Assembly: GCA_973895155.1 (NCBI GenBank)
Contig: OZ316893.1
Coordinates: forward strand, 7,402,963 to 7,466,962
DNA: 64,000 bases
Direction: 5' to 3'
From: Marsupella aquatica
Taxonomy: Eukaryota; Plantae; Marchantiophyta
The translations under genes and the position numbers were made by a program. The notes under the pieces are model-generated. The model searched no databases and was not told the DNA's origin. It saw nothing but the letters and a program-made list of their open reading frames with translations. Shown one piece after another: positions 38,605-51,644 of the stretch (the first letter of the stretch is position 1; every line of letters starts with the position of its first letter).

Positions 38605-39879
38605 ATGCTCACGAGAGCAAGAAAAAGACCGGATCGCGAGCAGGGCTGGCTGCTGGTGAGATATTTGATCATTGGTTTTATCGGAGGGTTTGCGGTTTTT
38701 AATTTATTTTCACCACGTTCACCCCTCAATATTGATGATCATCCCACTGTTGTAGATGGTGAGATGGTCCAGTTGCCCAATTTCAGAGACGTATCGAACG
38801 AGACTATATTGAGTTACTCTCAGTTCAATCCTCGCCTTTGGACTAACCGAGACAGGATCCAATTCTTGCTGGAGGTGTTAAAATCAGGGAAAACCAGTCT
38901 CAAAGAAGCTATGAAATTGAGGGAAACTGCGATCAAAGCTACAATTCCCGTGTCTGGAGAGCAAACAAAGGTTAGCTGGATATCTCCATTCATGGAATTA
39001 AACGACAATTTCATACCTAGATTTGTCCAAATATCTCAGAATTGGCTAGGAGATGGGGATAGCTTGAATCCTGGAACGGTACAAGACCTGGTCCGAACGG
39101 TGAAGAGGCCCCTGGACCGAAATGCTGCGAATTGGTCAAATAAATACTCGACTACAACACAAGTTGATGAGGACAGTTTCAATTTTGGAGAAGAAGAGCG
39201 ATATCAGAGTTGTGCAGTAGTTGGCAATAGCAAAACACTTCTCCAACAAAGTTATGGAGGAATGATTGACAGTAACGACATGGTGATTCGTTTGAATAAC
39301 GCTGAAGTCTCAACGAACTCGACACACGTGGGAAACAGGACAACTCTTTCGTTCATGAACAGCGATGTCTTCCAACATTGTGTGGATAAGTGTGCTTGCC
39401 ATAAATATGGAGAACAAGTCCCAATCATCATATACTTGTCTCACGCGGAGCATTTGGTCCACATAGCCAGCGTCGGGGTTCGGTGTATACAGAAATCTTT
39501 GATAATTGTAACGCCTTCCCTCTTTGACGCCTTGTGTGCTGCAATTGTGAAGTGGTATTCCGTCACGAAATTCTTGCAGCAGACAACTTGGGGTCTGTCT
39601 GAATGGACTTTAGTGTATGACGATTACAATTTTCGCTACTCGTCAGGCATCCAAGCTGTTGTGCTTGCATTGGGCATATGTGAGCGTGTCAACCTGTTTG
39701 GCATTGGGGAAGCCACTTACACAGGAAAACGTGAACACCACACCGAAGATTGGAAAGAGATCTGGTTCCACGATTACGAGTCGGAATATCGGTTCTACGA
39801 AGACCTTGTTTCAAACATGAAAATTCCATTCCTTACTGATGCCGGCATTTCGTTTCCTAAAGTACGCATATTCCGCTGA
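38605..39879 (+). CDS. Glycosyltransferase family 29 (sialyltransferase-like, GALT29A-type) type II membrane protein; intronless
   Basis: ORF 38536-39879, ATG at 38572 or 38605. TM YLIIGFIGGFAVFNLF, sialylmotif L CAVVGNS..IDSNDMVIRLNNA..VGNRTT, motif S SSGIQAVVLALGICERVNLFG and motif VS HDYESE. Confidence 0.9.
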   Translation: MLTRARKRPDREQGWLLVRYLIIGFIGGFAVFNLFSPRSPLNIDDHPTVVDGEMVQLPNFRDVSNETILSYSQFNPRLWTNRDRIQFLLEVLKSGKTSLKEAMKLRETAIKATIPVSGEQTKVSWISPFMELNDNFIPRFVQISQNWLGDGDSLNPGTVQDLVRTVKRPLDRNAANWSNKYSTTTQVDEDSFNFGEEERYQSCAVVGNSKTLLQQSYGGMIDSNDMVIRLNNAEVSTNSTHVGNRTTLSFMNSDVFQHCVDKCACHKYGEQVPIIIYLSHAEHLVHIASVGVRCIQKSLIIVTPSLFDALCAAIVKWYSVTKFLQQTTWGLSEWTLVYDDYNFRYSSGIQAVVLALGICERVNLFGIGEATYTGKREHHTEDWKEIWFHDYESEYRFYEDLVSNMKIPFLTDAGISFPKVRIFR

Positions 39880-41425
39880 TCAGACGAGAACACGATGGTT
39901 CCAAATTTTGAAGCCTTTTGTCATTGATGGCAAACCATATTCTCACCTTGGTCGAATTTCTAATGTGGTCCAAAGTTGTTGCAACCCTTCCACCACCTCC
40001 CATCAAAGACTCACTGCGGTATCGTTCTCTCAATTTCAGTCGATGTTCCAACTGTTTGTCGACCTCTTAAATCAGAGAGTAAAAACCCGAAGCTGGTCGT
40101 TCAAATTTTGTATGAATGAATGGATGAACTCAAAGTTGACAAGATCCCTTTCATTACCTGAAATCTCTGGACGACCGAATAGAAATGTGAGAGCAACCCT
40201 ATTTAGAATATCCTCCAACCGATGAACAGATTCGTGAATGAATTGCACGTCGACGGGGATCCAACTGGGTCATGAAACCAACAATTTCCAAGGATTATCG
40301 AATGCCAGAAATTAAAGACTACGGTAGTATATCGTACTGGCCCAAACATATTGATCTCATTTTTCCTGTTCTATATATGATGGTTGAAATCTATTCTGGC
40401 AGATCTCCGATTTTTACCACGAGATCTTACAAGCGGCGGTATCGGCACAGGAACACATGCTTTTAAGTGCCAACCACGGGATGACATTGACTAGCAGTCT
40501 GCAATTGAGAGTTGATTGTTGACTACTAGTCAGACTAAAAAGGACCAGCTCCAGACAAGTCGGTGAGAATTTGAATCCTTATTTCCATCTTGGCCATTTG
40601 CATCATGTAAGCTCATTCGATGGGGGCTCTCTTGTTCCAGGCGTTCTCCATTTCCAACTCTTTTCATTTTTCTATGCGACTTGAGCTCTATGGCATCCCT
40701 CGAAAACGCTGAAGGTTCCTACACGTTCTCAGCAAACATTGATAAAAAGATTTCCCTCTGGTGAAGGCCATTCAATCCAGCGAACGGAGAACTCGATCCT
40801 TGCCTCTTGCTAGTGGAGAACTCGGCAATTGATGCCCGTGGCCCCACATCATTTCTTCCCTCAACCCACATGAGAATTGCGAGGAATCATGCACAAAAGT
40901 AGACACTAGAGCTTCTTTCTTAAAAAACTTCGTAGTATATACATGATGGCCAGGCTTAATGCGTCTTCAGGTCCTACCGTCACGATCATCACAACCTCTC
41001 ATGAAGCTAGAGGAGGTTCTAATTTGGTTCTCCTGGTTGATTGGAGATACTTGAGGTCCCACTCAAATAGTATGACGATCTGTATTCTCTTTGACCTGTT
41101 AATGATCCTGACTATTTTCTCATAGGCTCAGATCTCTGACAGTGATGAGAGCCTCAACGGGCTGAAGGCAGGATGAGAACTTTCAATCCTGCCTTCAGCC
41201 CGTTGATACACTACAGGGACTGCCCAGACCTGAAGAACGTGTGTAGGGTTGTCACAGCACTGCGTTCTGTTTGTCTCCTTCCATCCACATTCTCGGAGGT
41301 GAGAAGATTCTTCATTAGCTTCGCTTCTCTCCGGGTTGTAAGGGCTGGTGATTCGAGGATGATGGTTTATGTCGCCTAGTCAGTACTGCCCCAGTTTCAA
41401 AATTGGAGTGTTTCCCGCAAATCAG

Positions 41426-44400
41426 TCATACTGTATCGCTATCTTTCTGTCCAATCAGACTCAAAAAGCCCTGCAAGTCAAGCATCTCAACTCCTCGACG
41501 TGACGCCTCGGCTACTTTCAACGGACCTGGTCGATTTCCACACAACAGAAAGGACGTCCTCGACGTAACCTACACATCAAATCCAGATCATGTATATTGG
41601 TCAGTCCACCGAAGAGGGAAGCGAAATCACAAAGGTGGGTATGGAACCCTCAGCGTTTGCCAGAATATATACTGGAAGGTGCGGACGCAAGCAGATGTGC
41701 GCAGAGTCAATATTAGACTCTGGTGGGAAAGCGTATGATGGGGATAGAAGAGGTAATACCCCTCTATCTTTGACTTGTCCTCTAATAGCTAACCTCCTTA
41801 GTAGGAGGAGAACAATTCAAACTCAAGACAACATAGCTCGGGTATTGATTCTTACAGAAGTTCGAACAACTCCACCATGCAGGGTCACCAAATTTCTCAT
41901 GTCCTCACGCTTTATGGTTCCAAAGTCCCCTGTTATTACGATAGACTTTCCAGACAACAGAGGCGAGGTAGGCTGCAAGGTCACATCTTCAACGAGTTCA
42001 TCATTATTCAAGACACCAGGTGTTTCCCCTACGTCATCAGTTTCAATAACCTCATCCAACTCCTCCACAAGATCAGAATCTCCAGCAGACACAACCGTTC
42101 TGGTATCCTCGTTAAGATCCTCTTCCACGACATCAGGTTCCCCCACAGACTCGTTGGTCAAGCCAGGAGGTACGCCATTTATCAAGCCATCCTCCTTGCT
42201 GTCGGGCTTCGTATGTGTTTCAGTGACGTGGGTCCCAGTTACATTACACCCTGCCTGTTTGAGGCTGTGGACAAGCTCAATGTTGGGCTCAGCGTGGCAC
42301 CAGTCAAAAATGCATGATGCTGTTGCTGCCCCAATTCCTGGGTACATGAAAGAGATCTCAGTAAGATTCTCCCCTACAATATAATTCATCGTCAGTAACA
42401 AGAAAGCTCAAGGTAAAAGTCTGAGCGCAAATAGTATGTACCAGGAACATCCATAAAGCCAGACACGTCAGACTCCACAAGGCTTTCAAGGCTGCCAAAC
42501 TTCCTTGCGAGCTCTTTCGCAGTGTTTATGCCGACTTTTGGAATCCCCAAGGCTGCTATGAATAACCAGAGGTCCTGCTGCTTACTTTCCTGTCGAGTAC
42601 CAGACATTAAAAATAATTCTTTTATTTAATCTCTGAACACAAAAAGCCTGAATCATCATGAAGGGAAAGATGCTGCGACAAAACTTAGGATCAGAGAAAT
42701 ACTAAAGACAGCTCTGCAGCTTTCTTCGTATCCACGAGAATTCAATCCATGGCGTGTCAGTCAAGTGGGCGCCTGATGCGTTGAGATACCTCTATTGCTT
42801 TGAGTAGCCTTTTAATACTCTGCTTGCCAAATCCTTTCACTTTTGATAGGGCCTTTTCATCCAGATCATAAAAGTCTGCTGGATCCTTAACTAATTCCTC
42901 CTCAAGACGACTCAAAGTAGCCGAACCCAAGCCTGAAATGAGTGTCTTCGCAAAATGGCCAACCTGCGGCAATTATGCTTTGTTAGCGCCCTGAAAGCGT
43001 GGGGGCTAGAGGCCTTGTAACATTTCAACAAATCAAATGTCCACAATTTCCTTACTGACCAGATTGCATCCTTCTCCGACAAACATAGCTTTGCCGTCTA
43101 TGAAGGTAAAGTGAGATCAGATTGAAAAACAAGAAAGCTACTCTTACGAATCCTGCTGCTAATGATGCTCACGAGAAAAGCTGCTGAAATCCAAGAGAGA
43201 AGGGCCACAACCTCCATCTAAACATATATATTTATCAGGTGAGGTCTCCATAGCGAGCCATGGCTCGCATTTATGCCACTACTGCTGTCCCCAAAAACAT
43301 GTGCCAATTCGAGTTGTACCTACCTGGCGAGAGTGACGGCTTGGACAAGTAGAATTGGTGCAGAAGACCATAGGACTGGCAGAGGCCTCTGTCAGCGTGG
43401 ACCGACATGTTGGGCAGTTTTGGGGCGGCACCCATGGCGTCGCTGTTTCTGGTCTTAGATCTTCCAACACTTGAACTACCTGCTCATTATTACACATCAC
43501 AGTGCCAGCTCAGTCCTTCCAATTCCTACTCTATCCAATAATCAATCAATCAAGCACACACCCTTATTGACAAGATAAATCACGCCTTATGAAAATGATT
43601 AGTATCCACAGATCTGTCTGCGAGGGGCTGTCATTGCTTCAAGCAAGGCAACGCTACCTGTGGAATGACGTCCCCCGCCCGCTGAACAACAACGCGATCG
43701 CCTTCACATAACCCAAGCGCCTTGACATGCCTACACGACCACACATGGATAATTACACCTGACGTTTCTACGTACACTACAATCTTGAAATAAGTTACCT
43801 TATGGTGAAAGTGCACTTTGAGCCCCCAGGACCTACCTGGAAAAAGGGGTAGCAGTTCTTACGCAGGCGTTTAGAAATCAGATTCTTAGGAGCAAGGGCA
43901 TCTTGAAGATGCTTCAAAGGAAATCTCTAAAGACTGCAAATGTCAATTCGGATAGAATGCACAAGAGAAAATGATCCACACCCAAAATTGTGAAGAGAAG
44001 CTCGGCTTATTACAGCTCCTCCCAGCTCCACAGGCTGCATTGCATTTCAGTAAAGCCCAGAATTATAAGGCTCAAACCTAGCGCGAGAACCAGACAGTGC
44101 AAAAAAGCCACATTTCCACTGCGGAAAAACTGACTTGACCCTTCCAGTACTTGAGAGGATGGCGATGAGCGAGAACCTTCAATCGTGCATTGGGAATCAT
44201 GGCACCCGATCTGCCAATAGTGAGCTCAATTCGTTCCAAAACTGACACTGCCTCGGTGGACGCAAACTGACAAGAAAACAAAACTGGTCATGCCCTAGAA
44301 ATGTATCTGTAACTATTCATCAATAAAATCAAAAGACCCGACATCAACTGCATATCAAACCGGCAAATGAAACCGGTAGGAAGCGGAGAATCTTGGAGAA

Positions 44401-47400
44401 ATTGCATTCGAATTTCCTCGGATAGTACAAGAAAATGGGATAAAGATCATTGCGAAAAATTCTCTTTACATGGAAGTGGCAGAATGAAAGGGGTAAGAGT
44501 GCCTTGACATACTTTCCATGCAAGAGCCCACCGAGGATCAGTTCCCGTGCTTCCAAGTGAAGCCTGGATTCCCAGGTCATTCACTTTCAGCACCACCCCA
44601 TCAGCCTCATACTCCAAATTCTTCCGCATGCTCTTCCAACTAGAAAACAAGTATGCCCGCATTAACAGCTACAAGCAATCACTGAGACTCACTGACGTCA
44701 CTTATACCATGGGTCACTGCGTGAAAGATAACTACAATGCAAACCCTGCTTGTCGTAGTAGCGGGAATGCCATCATAATACCAAAATTATACAAATGACC
44801 AAAGCTTTCCAGAATATTACGTACAGGATTCCGCTGGCTACCACTCGCACTTACAAGTAATGACAGGAGCCATTATAAACCTTACCATTAATATTGTTAC
44901 ATAGGCCCCGCACTGGATGTGCAGGTCTTTGTAAGATGGATGTCTCACCTTTTTGCATACTCAAGAGCAGAGTCAATAGACTCAAACAAACGATTGTCTT
45001 CATTGACAGCAAATCCAGAAGACTTCAAGAGCTGCAACACCTCCCACTGATTCGCTGGTACCAGAGAAGACTTCTCCAAACCTTCTTCTGTGGGTTCTGC
45101 TCCAACTGTTAGAAAAGGAGAAAGTTGAACACCAGAAATTAGACATCAAACATGTTTCAGCAGGTACGCATGATTTCAGAATCGAGACGGCAGGGACAAA
45201 AGCACTAGGCTTGAGAAACTCAAACTGTTGGCATGGTGCCCAGCAATATAAGGAGTCAAATCTTGCTCTAGTTTCTCCACCTGACATTTCATATCTATCA
45301 TAGCTGCCCTCCCTATTACAACCAATAACGACCAACCTACCCTCGATAACTGCAATACTGTATGCCATGAAACGGAGAGGCCGAAGTTCATTAGAATTTA
45401 AAGATAACAAGCGCATGGAGCCAGCAGCGGCATTCCGTGGATTTGCGAACGGTTTTTCCCCTGCTTGAATCTGTGAACGACGAGAAAAATCACCAATTAC
45501 GCCTGAAAAATTTCTCGACATCTCCATTCATTGCTTATGGACAATAAAGAGCGATGTGAAACATCAAGAAGAACAAAAAACTGGAGAGACCACTCAACCA
45601 AGGTACAATCAGAAACGCGATGGCCATCATTTGGGCTCGAACATACTAAACATATTTTGGGCAATCTGTGTGTATATAGATATCGTCCGTGCTCCCGCTC
45701 AGTGTTTCCTTTTGTATTTTGGGCAGGTGGCACTTATGGCGAGTTGAGAAGCCTCCGCTTAGCTAACAATTTGTACTTGAGTTGTGCAGTCAAATTATGA
45801 TCGTTATACCTATGAACGGTCAGCCCTGGACCGTTGATTTTGGAGCATAAGTCACTAAAACTTTTCAAAAACCTCGTTTTATCATTCGTACGCCCCCTGG
45901 TAGCAAAAGTGCGAAAATTCGCCCCAAAAGGAAACAATGCTCCCAATGCACTGGAGAGAGTTTAAAGTAATGCTAAATACCTTCAAAGCATTTAGTTCTT
46001 TGAAATCTTCAAGAGACATAAAGATTTCTCCACGAACTTCCAATATTGTCAAGGGACTCCCTGTACCAGGTACCTGTTGTGGAATGGTCATGGGGATCCC
46101 CATGACTCTCTGGGCATTATGAGTCACATCTTCCCCTGCAAGGCATTTGAGTTGCAACTGCTTAAAACTTATAGCAAGTGACTATTCAAAATAGGCGACT
46201 CTCGAATTGGACTAAATAGTAAATGCCATCTGCAAACTTCAAACAGATTTTCCTCCGTCTCAACATTATATCTCCTCAAAACGATCTGAGGCAAGGGACA
46301 TACAATCACAAACATGTTTAGGAATGTTACATCCGCCCCATAGTTTACTAGACTCACCTCGATCAGTGTTTGTCCATTGATTTAGCATGTAGACAAACCT
46401 TCAGATCTTAACACATCCGAAGAATAGAGTGATTTAAGTAATTTGGGGTTATTATGTAAATCAATGAGGTGGATTTCAAGTTCCCCAAAATGGTTGCATT
46501 ATACTTAAGGTTTCAATAGACTTCCAGAGTAGGTAACTCGAATAATATTCTTGCATCGTAAAATTCTGGGACTCGAGTAAGCAAGAAACCAACCGTACCT
46601 AGAGTAAGAAAGAAATCAGCGAAAACACACAAAGGAAGTTACATTAAAACTGGCTTGGACGACGGTTCACAGCAAACACATATGAGTGTTTTAAACCCTC
46701 AACAATCAAAATGAGAGAAGTCCGAACATGGAAATAATGAAACTAACCCTGGATACCGTTGCCTCGAGTAGCAGCCCACTTTACGCTACAGTGTTCATAT
46801 CTTAAAGAGAGAGCAAGTCCATCAACTTTAGGCTCCACTACCAACCCCAAAGTGTTCTGATCCAACCCGAGCTTTTGTTGAAGCTTTCGATACCACAAGA
46901 GAACATCTTCTTCTGTAAAACCAACAATGTTCAAATTTGATTGGCTTGTTGTTCAATCAATATAGAGTGCGAAGGCCAACAATCTAGATACGAGAATGAT
47001 TTCACAAGGTCAACCCGCCTAGCAACTTATGGACTTGAGCTGCAATAGAACAAACTAACAGTGACATTATGGAATGCAAAGAAGATATGTCAGAAGCTTT
47101 GTTCACTAAAAATCAATTGGATCAAGCAAAGAACATAGAGGTAGGCAAGGCTTTTTTCAGCCCAACAACAGTCAATAAGAAGAAAGGACTTTGCAGAAGC
47201 TTCTCGGACTTAAAAGAACGAACAAATAGCCACCACAGCAGCGTTGCCCAAGAGTGCCGGTATAGGATACAATGTACCTTTCTGCACAGAAGCGAGACTG
47301 AGCATGGGCACAGAATGAATTACTTTCAGCGTATCAGAAGATGGTGGAGCAGCTATCTGGATCCAGAGTGCAATTGAGTCAAGCATTGAGTCAGGCAGAA

Positions 47401-49922
47401 ATGTACATGCAAAGTAATGAATCCTGTTTTACTAATTGTTGAGCGAAAACTTTTCAGGACAGTCTGGAAAGATCTCAGCAGCTTGCACTGAGCTTGCACC
47501 AGACCAACGCTTACAATATATTGAACTTGGAACTGAACAAACTCTGAAAGACCCAAAGTTTGAGCAAACCAAAGACCCTCAACACTAATCTTACCAAACC
47601 ATCAAGACTTGATTCTGAGTTGGAGACTTGAGCTTCAAGGTGAACCAGCTCTTTCACCAAAGAATCATATGCAGCATCACTGTGTGAATGACAAAATAAA
47701 GTGGGTTAGCAGAGGGTATCTAATGGTTTGATGCACCTATTTCCACTAGGTACGATATTTCGACATCGAGATTTCGTTAGTGTTGCAGAACTTTGGCATT
47801 GTGTGGAACTTAAACAATACCTTACGAGTGGGCTATCCAGAGCGTGGTATAGATATGCATGATGGCCGATCGAATTTCGCAATCTGCCGATTTCGTGCTG
47901 TAGAGCATGATCATCCATTCCTACAGTGTTGCTGTCGGTAGAAGCAGAATCAGAAGCCATTATAGCATCATCTGTGTCCTGTTGTTCTCTGAATGGCTCT
48001 CCAAATTCCTCTTGGACTTTTTTCACTTCTTCCGTAGTACCTGCTTCTCCTGCTAATGTTATTTGACCTCTAAATGAAGATGAATCTACAGCCTCTCCAC
48101 CTTCAACAGAAACAGTCGTTGATGGATCGTGATCAAGAAGGCGATCAACAGGAGTCACTACTTCAAAATCTTCACTTGCATTTCCTGCGTCATCACCCTT
48201 TCCAACAAGGGAATCACTTTCCTCTTCGACTACTGCTACTGAAAGTGCCTGTCCATCTTCGGTGCTATCAAGAGCAGCTGGTTCCAAACCAACCAACGAC
48301 GAATACCCTGCAGTATTTCTATTCCAAAGTTCGCCTATGTCCACTTCTTCTACTTCTACCGGTGCAATGTCACTTCCTTGAAGTGTGATGCCAACCTCGC
48401 CATTTTCGGGATGCTCCATCTCCCGATTAGCAGTAATTTCTTCTGCCATGGACTCTTCAATCCTGTCGTCCGCCCCGATTTTCACATCAGCTTGAAGAGC
48501 TTCTCCTACTGACACTTCTATTTCTGCCGCAGATGCACTTTCACTCATTTGAACAGTGCTACCCATGTTCCCACTTTCGGTGTATTCCAGCTGCCCATTG
48601 GCAGTGGTTGCTTCTCTCATCGCCTCTTCATTCGTCTCGGCTGTCCGGATCTCACCATCAGCTTCACTAAAGGCAGATTTGGGGTAAGTTGAACTACACA
48701 ATTGTGTGATATCTCCGTTAGTACCCAAATCGGTCACGCCGCTTCGGGAAACCCCCGACCAAACCTCAGTTTCTTGAACTTCAGTACCGGATACTTCTTG
48801 TTGAGCCGTGCTGACCACAGTCACATTCTCTGTATGCTTCAGTGATCCATTTGCAATAGTTGCTTGTTCTGTCAATACGGCCTCTTCAATCTTATCGTAT
48901 GCCCCGATTTCAACTTCAGGAGCTTCACGGAGAGGAGTCGATTCAGGAACATCAAAAAAACGAAATTGCGAGGACGTATGCACATCAGTACCCAAGCTGC
49001 TGACCAGACCACTTCGGGGGTCTGCTTTCGATTCTTGATCCCCAGGTGAAATCTCATTTTCCTCTATTTGTAAAGAGGATTGAGCTGGAACCGCGCTCAT
49101 GACATTACTGGTCTCAGGACTTTGTGGCTCAAGACTTGGAGAAATTGCAGCCGGCGTTGTCTTTTCAATCCTCTCAGCTTCACTGACGGCAGATTCAGGC
49201 AAAATTGAACCAGTCACCTGCTGCAAGATGTCTCCGTCAGTTCCTTCTGAGCTAATCATGCTGCTCCTCTGGGAGGTTGCTTCCAATTTCTCCACAGAAG
49301 AAATTTCAGCCTCCCACAATGCGGTGCGCCATTCGAATTCATTGCCCTGCTCCTGCTCAGAGAGCACATCCACCAGCTCCAGGGCTCCATTTTCCTCCCT
49401 GAAGACATTTTCAGCGCTTGTCAAAACTTTATCCTCGGCAGCTGTACTGAAGTCAGTTGATCCGCTGTCACCTCCTCCTCCTCCTCCTTGTTGAAACAAA
49501 TTGTTAACCTTCTCATTGAACTTACGGAGAACATCGACAACAGACTCCAGCAACTGTTGCGGCGAGAAATCACCGGAGTTCCCTACTCTAACACTAGTCA
49601 TTCGCTGCTGCCGTGACCTCCGGGTCACCAGCTTCCGGCTCTCCCTGACAACAGGTCGTACACGAGGAACGCTGCTGGAGCTAATTCTCACAGTGGAACC
49701 GCCAATGCCAACATTGTGCCTAGCAGGAAGAGAACACAAACCCCTGGCGCTACTCCCAATCAGAGACCTTACAGACGAATCCATTGTTTGAAGGGTAAAG
49801 TTCCGGCTAAACCCTAAGCTCCTCCAGCCATAGGGCGACTCCGCAGAATTAGCTGGTTGAAGCCCGGCCAAGAAAAACTGATTCAATTTCAAGGCAGTGT
49901 GTCTGCTGACCACTCTCTGCAT
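41426..49922 (-). CDS. ligA: Bacterial-type NAD+-dependent DNA ligase (LigA) with long N-terminal extension, 16 exons, ~1439 aa
   Basis: Domain Ia [25 protein letters not shown], motif [66 protein letters not shown], Zn finger CPTC..CTNSTC, HhH ISGLG/GFG/LGIPKVG/PGIG and [12 protein letters not shown]. Exons 49922-47821, 47679-47595, 47356-47278, 46912-46748, 46135-45981, 45470-45341, 45105-44949, 44639-44513, 44266-44177, 44034-43982, 43730-43658, 43479-43324, 42963-42790, 42589-42442, 42337-41856, 41569-41426 sum to 4320 nt in one frame. Confidence 0.93.
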
Positions 49923-51644
49923 ATTCCCTTCCTCCCACCTCCCAGCACCGGGGAGCCCTTTGCAAAGCCAGAGCTGCGAGCTTGTTGGTGAACAGAGCTT
50001 AAACCCTGGATAGACGAACTTTTCAGAAAAGCATTATGCCCCTGGTTCTGCAAGGCACAAGACGATGATGACACTCCAGACTCGTGGTAGTACCTACTCC
50101 CCAATGCCGTCAAGCAGCTACGGACGCGCATTCTCTTTTCAGAGGTGGTTCGATTTCATAGCTCAAACCTCAAAAAGAAGAATAGTAAACGCTTGATCGA
50201 AAGCCAGAATGAGTCACTTCAAACGATACATGAAGGCCAGAAAAACATGAATTCGAAATAGATTCGAAGCAACTAAATCGATACCCAGCAACCTACGTAC
50301 CATCTTGACTCAAAAGACGAATGTCCGAGACGCTCGCCTAGTAAGTTCTACAGTGCCAGCTTCGTTCCTTCCTCGCGCGCTCTCTCGCTCGCCTTTCTTA
50401 AACCCTACGAACACCTCTGAACCCTACGAACTACAGTTTTGCCAGAAATGTGCGCGAAATGAATGCACAGTCGTTCCTCTAAGTGCACACTCTCAAGGAC
50501 GGTACTTGCACTTACATGTGGTTTGCATTGTTTGATAAGTGCACTTTGTCTCGCTTTGCACTTGTTGACAGGAAGAAGCCCGGGGTTGCACTTTAATGTG
50601 TTTTGCACTACATGACAAGTGTACAAGTTCCTCTGACTTGGCATTCATCGACTAGTGTTCAAGGTTCAGACCCCAAAAAGAGTGACTCCAGATAATAAAT
50701 AATACATATAGCTACATATATATCATAGTGCCCAACGGTAGAAAATGCCTAATGGGGAGACATGATCCCAAAGGGGAAGTAACCCAATGAAGGGGAGGAA
50801 AAGAGGGGAAAGTAGGCGTATAGTTACAAAGGCAAAAGATATTCCTTATGGCCCTATTACATTTGGTATGCAGAATTAATCCATGGACCCCCTTGTTATT
50901 GCATAGTTAGGGTGGTTTAATTCATGAGCTTTGTTTGTAATCGGTGGGTATGGCTTCCCGATCACAAAGGGTCCAGCTTTCTCATCAACCTTTGAGACTT
51001 GCTGCTCTTGCAATTTATGACAGCAACTGTGGAAAGCCAGGAATGAACATGTGCGTCATCCCCATATTTCTCAATTTCACGCAATTGATGGTTGTTCTCT
51101 CCCTCAAGCCTTAAAATGAATAAGTGTCTGCACTCGATCAATTGGACTAGACCACAAATTCCCACGCCCAACCCGGCACTAACTCTCCCTGCAGCTTGTA
51201 GCATTCTTGAAATGCCAGGTCAATGCACCACCTCCCTACAGCATCCAACTTGATCCCTGGCAATCTCACTTGTGCTGACATCCTAGTGCCTTGCCATGTT
51301 TTTCACTTGCAGTGGACAGCAACCATCGTTCTCACTTACTCTGGACAAGAGCTATATTTTGGCTTATGGTGGCAGGAAAAGACTTTCCATCAAGAGCACT
51401 TAGTATCAAAAAGTGTAAAGCACAGGCATGGGCTAGCATTTGGCCAGTAAAGAGGCATTCATATGACGTCTCAATGCTTCAAAGCTGTGGATGATAAAAT
51501 TTGACCATAAACAATTAACTTTTTCCAGGGCTATGTAAAAGGTTCTTAATTTTCTTCACAAGCCTCGACTGTGACTTATGGTCATATGCAAACGATCGTA
51601 AGTCAGCAAATTTGATGGTCAGTTAACTTTTTCTGTCCATAACT

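Noticed and set aside
18781-49922. Functional cluster of organelle division (ARC5) and organelle DNA ligase genes
   Set aside because: The genes are 17 kb apart with three unrelated genes between them. Proximity is explainable by chance unless synteny is conserved.
41426-49922. ligA as bacterial contamination
   Set aside because: Fifteen spliceosomal GT-AG introns and continuous plant gene context.
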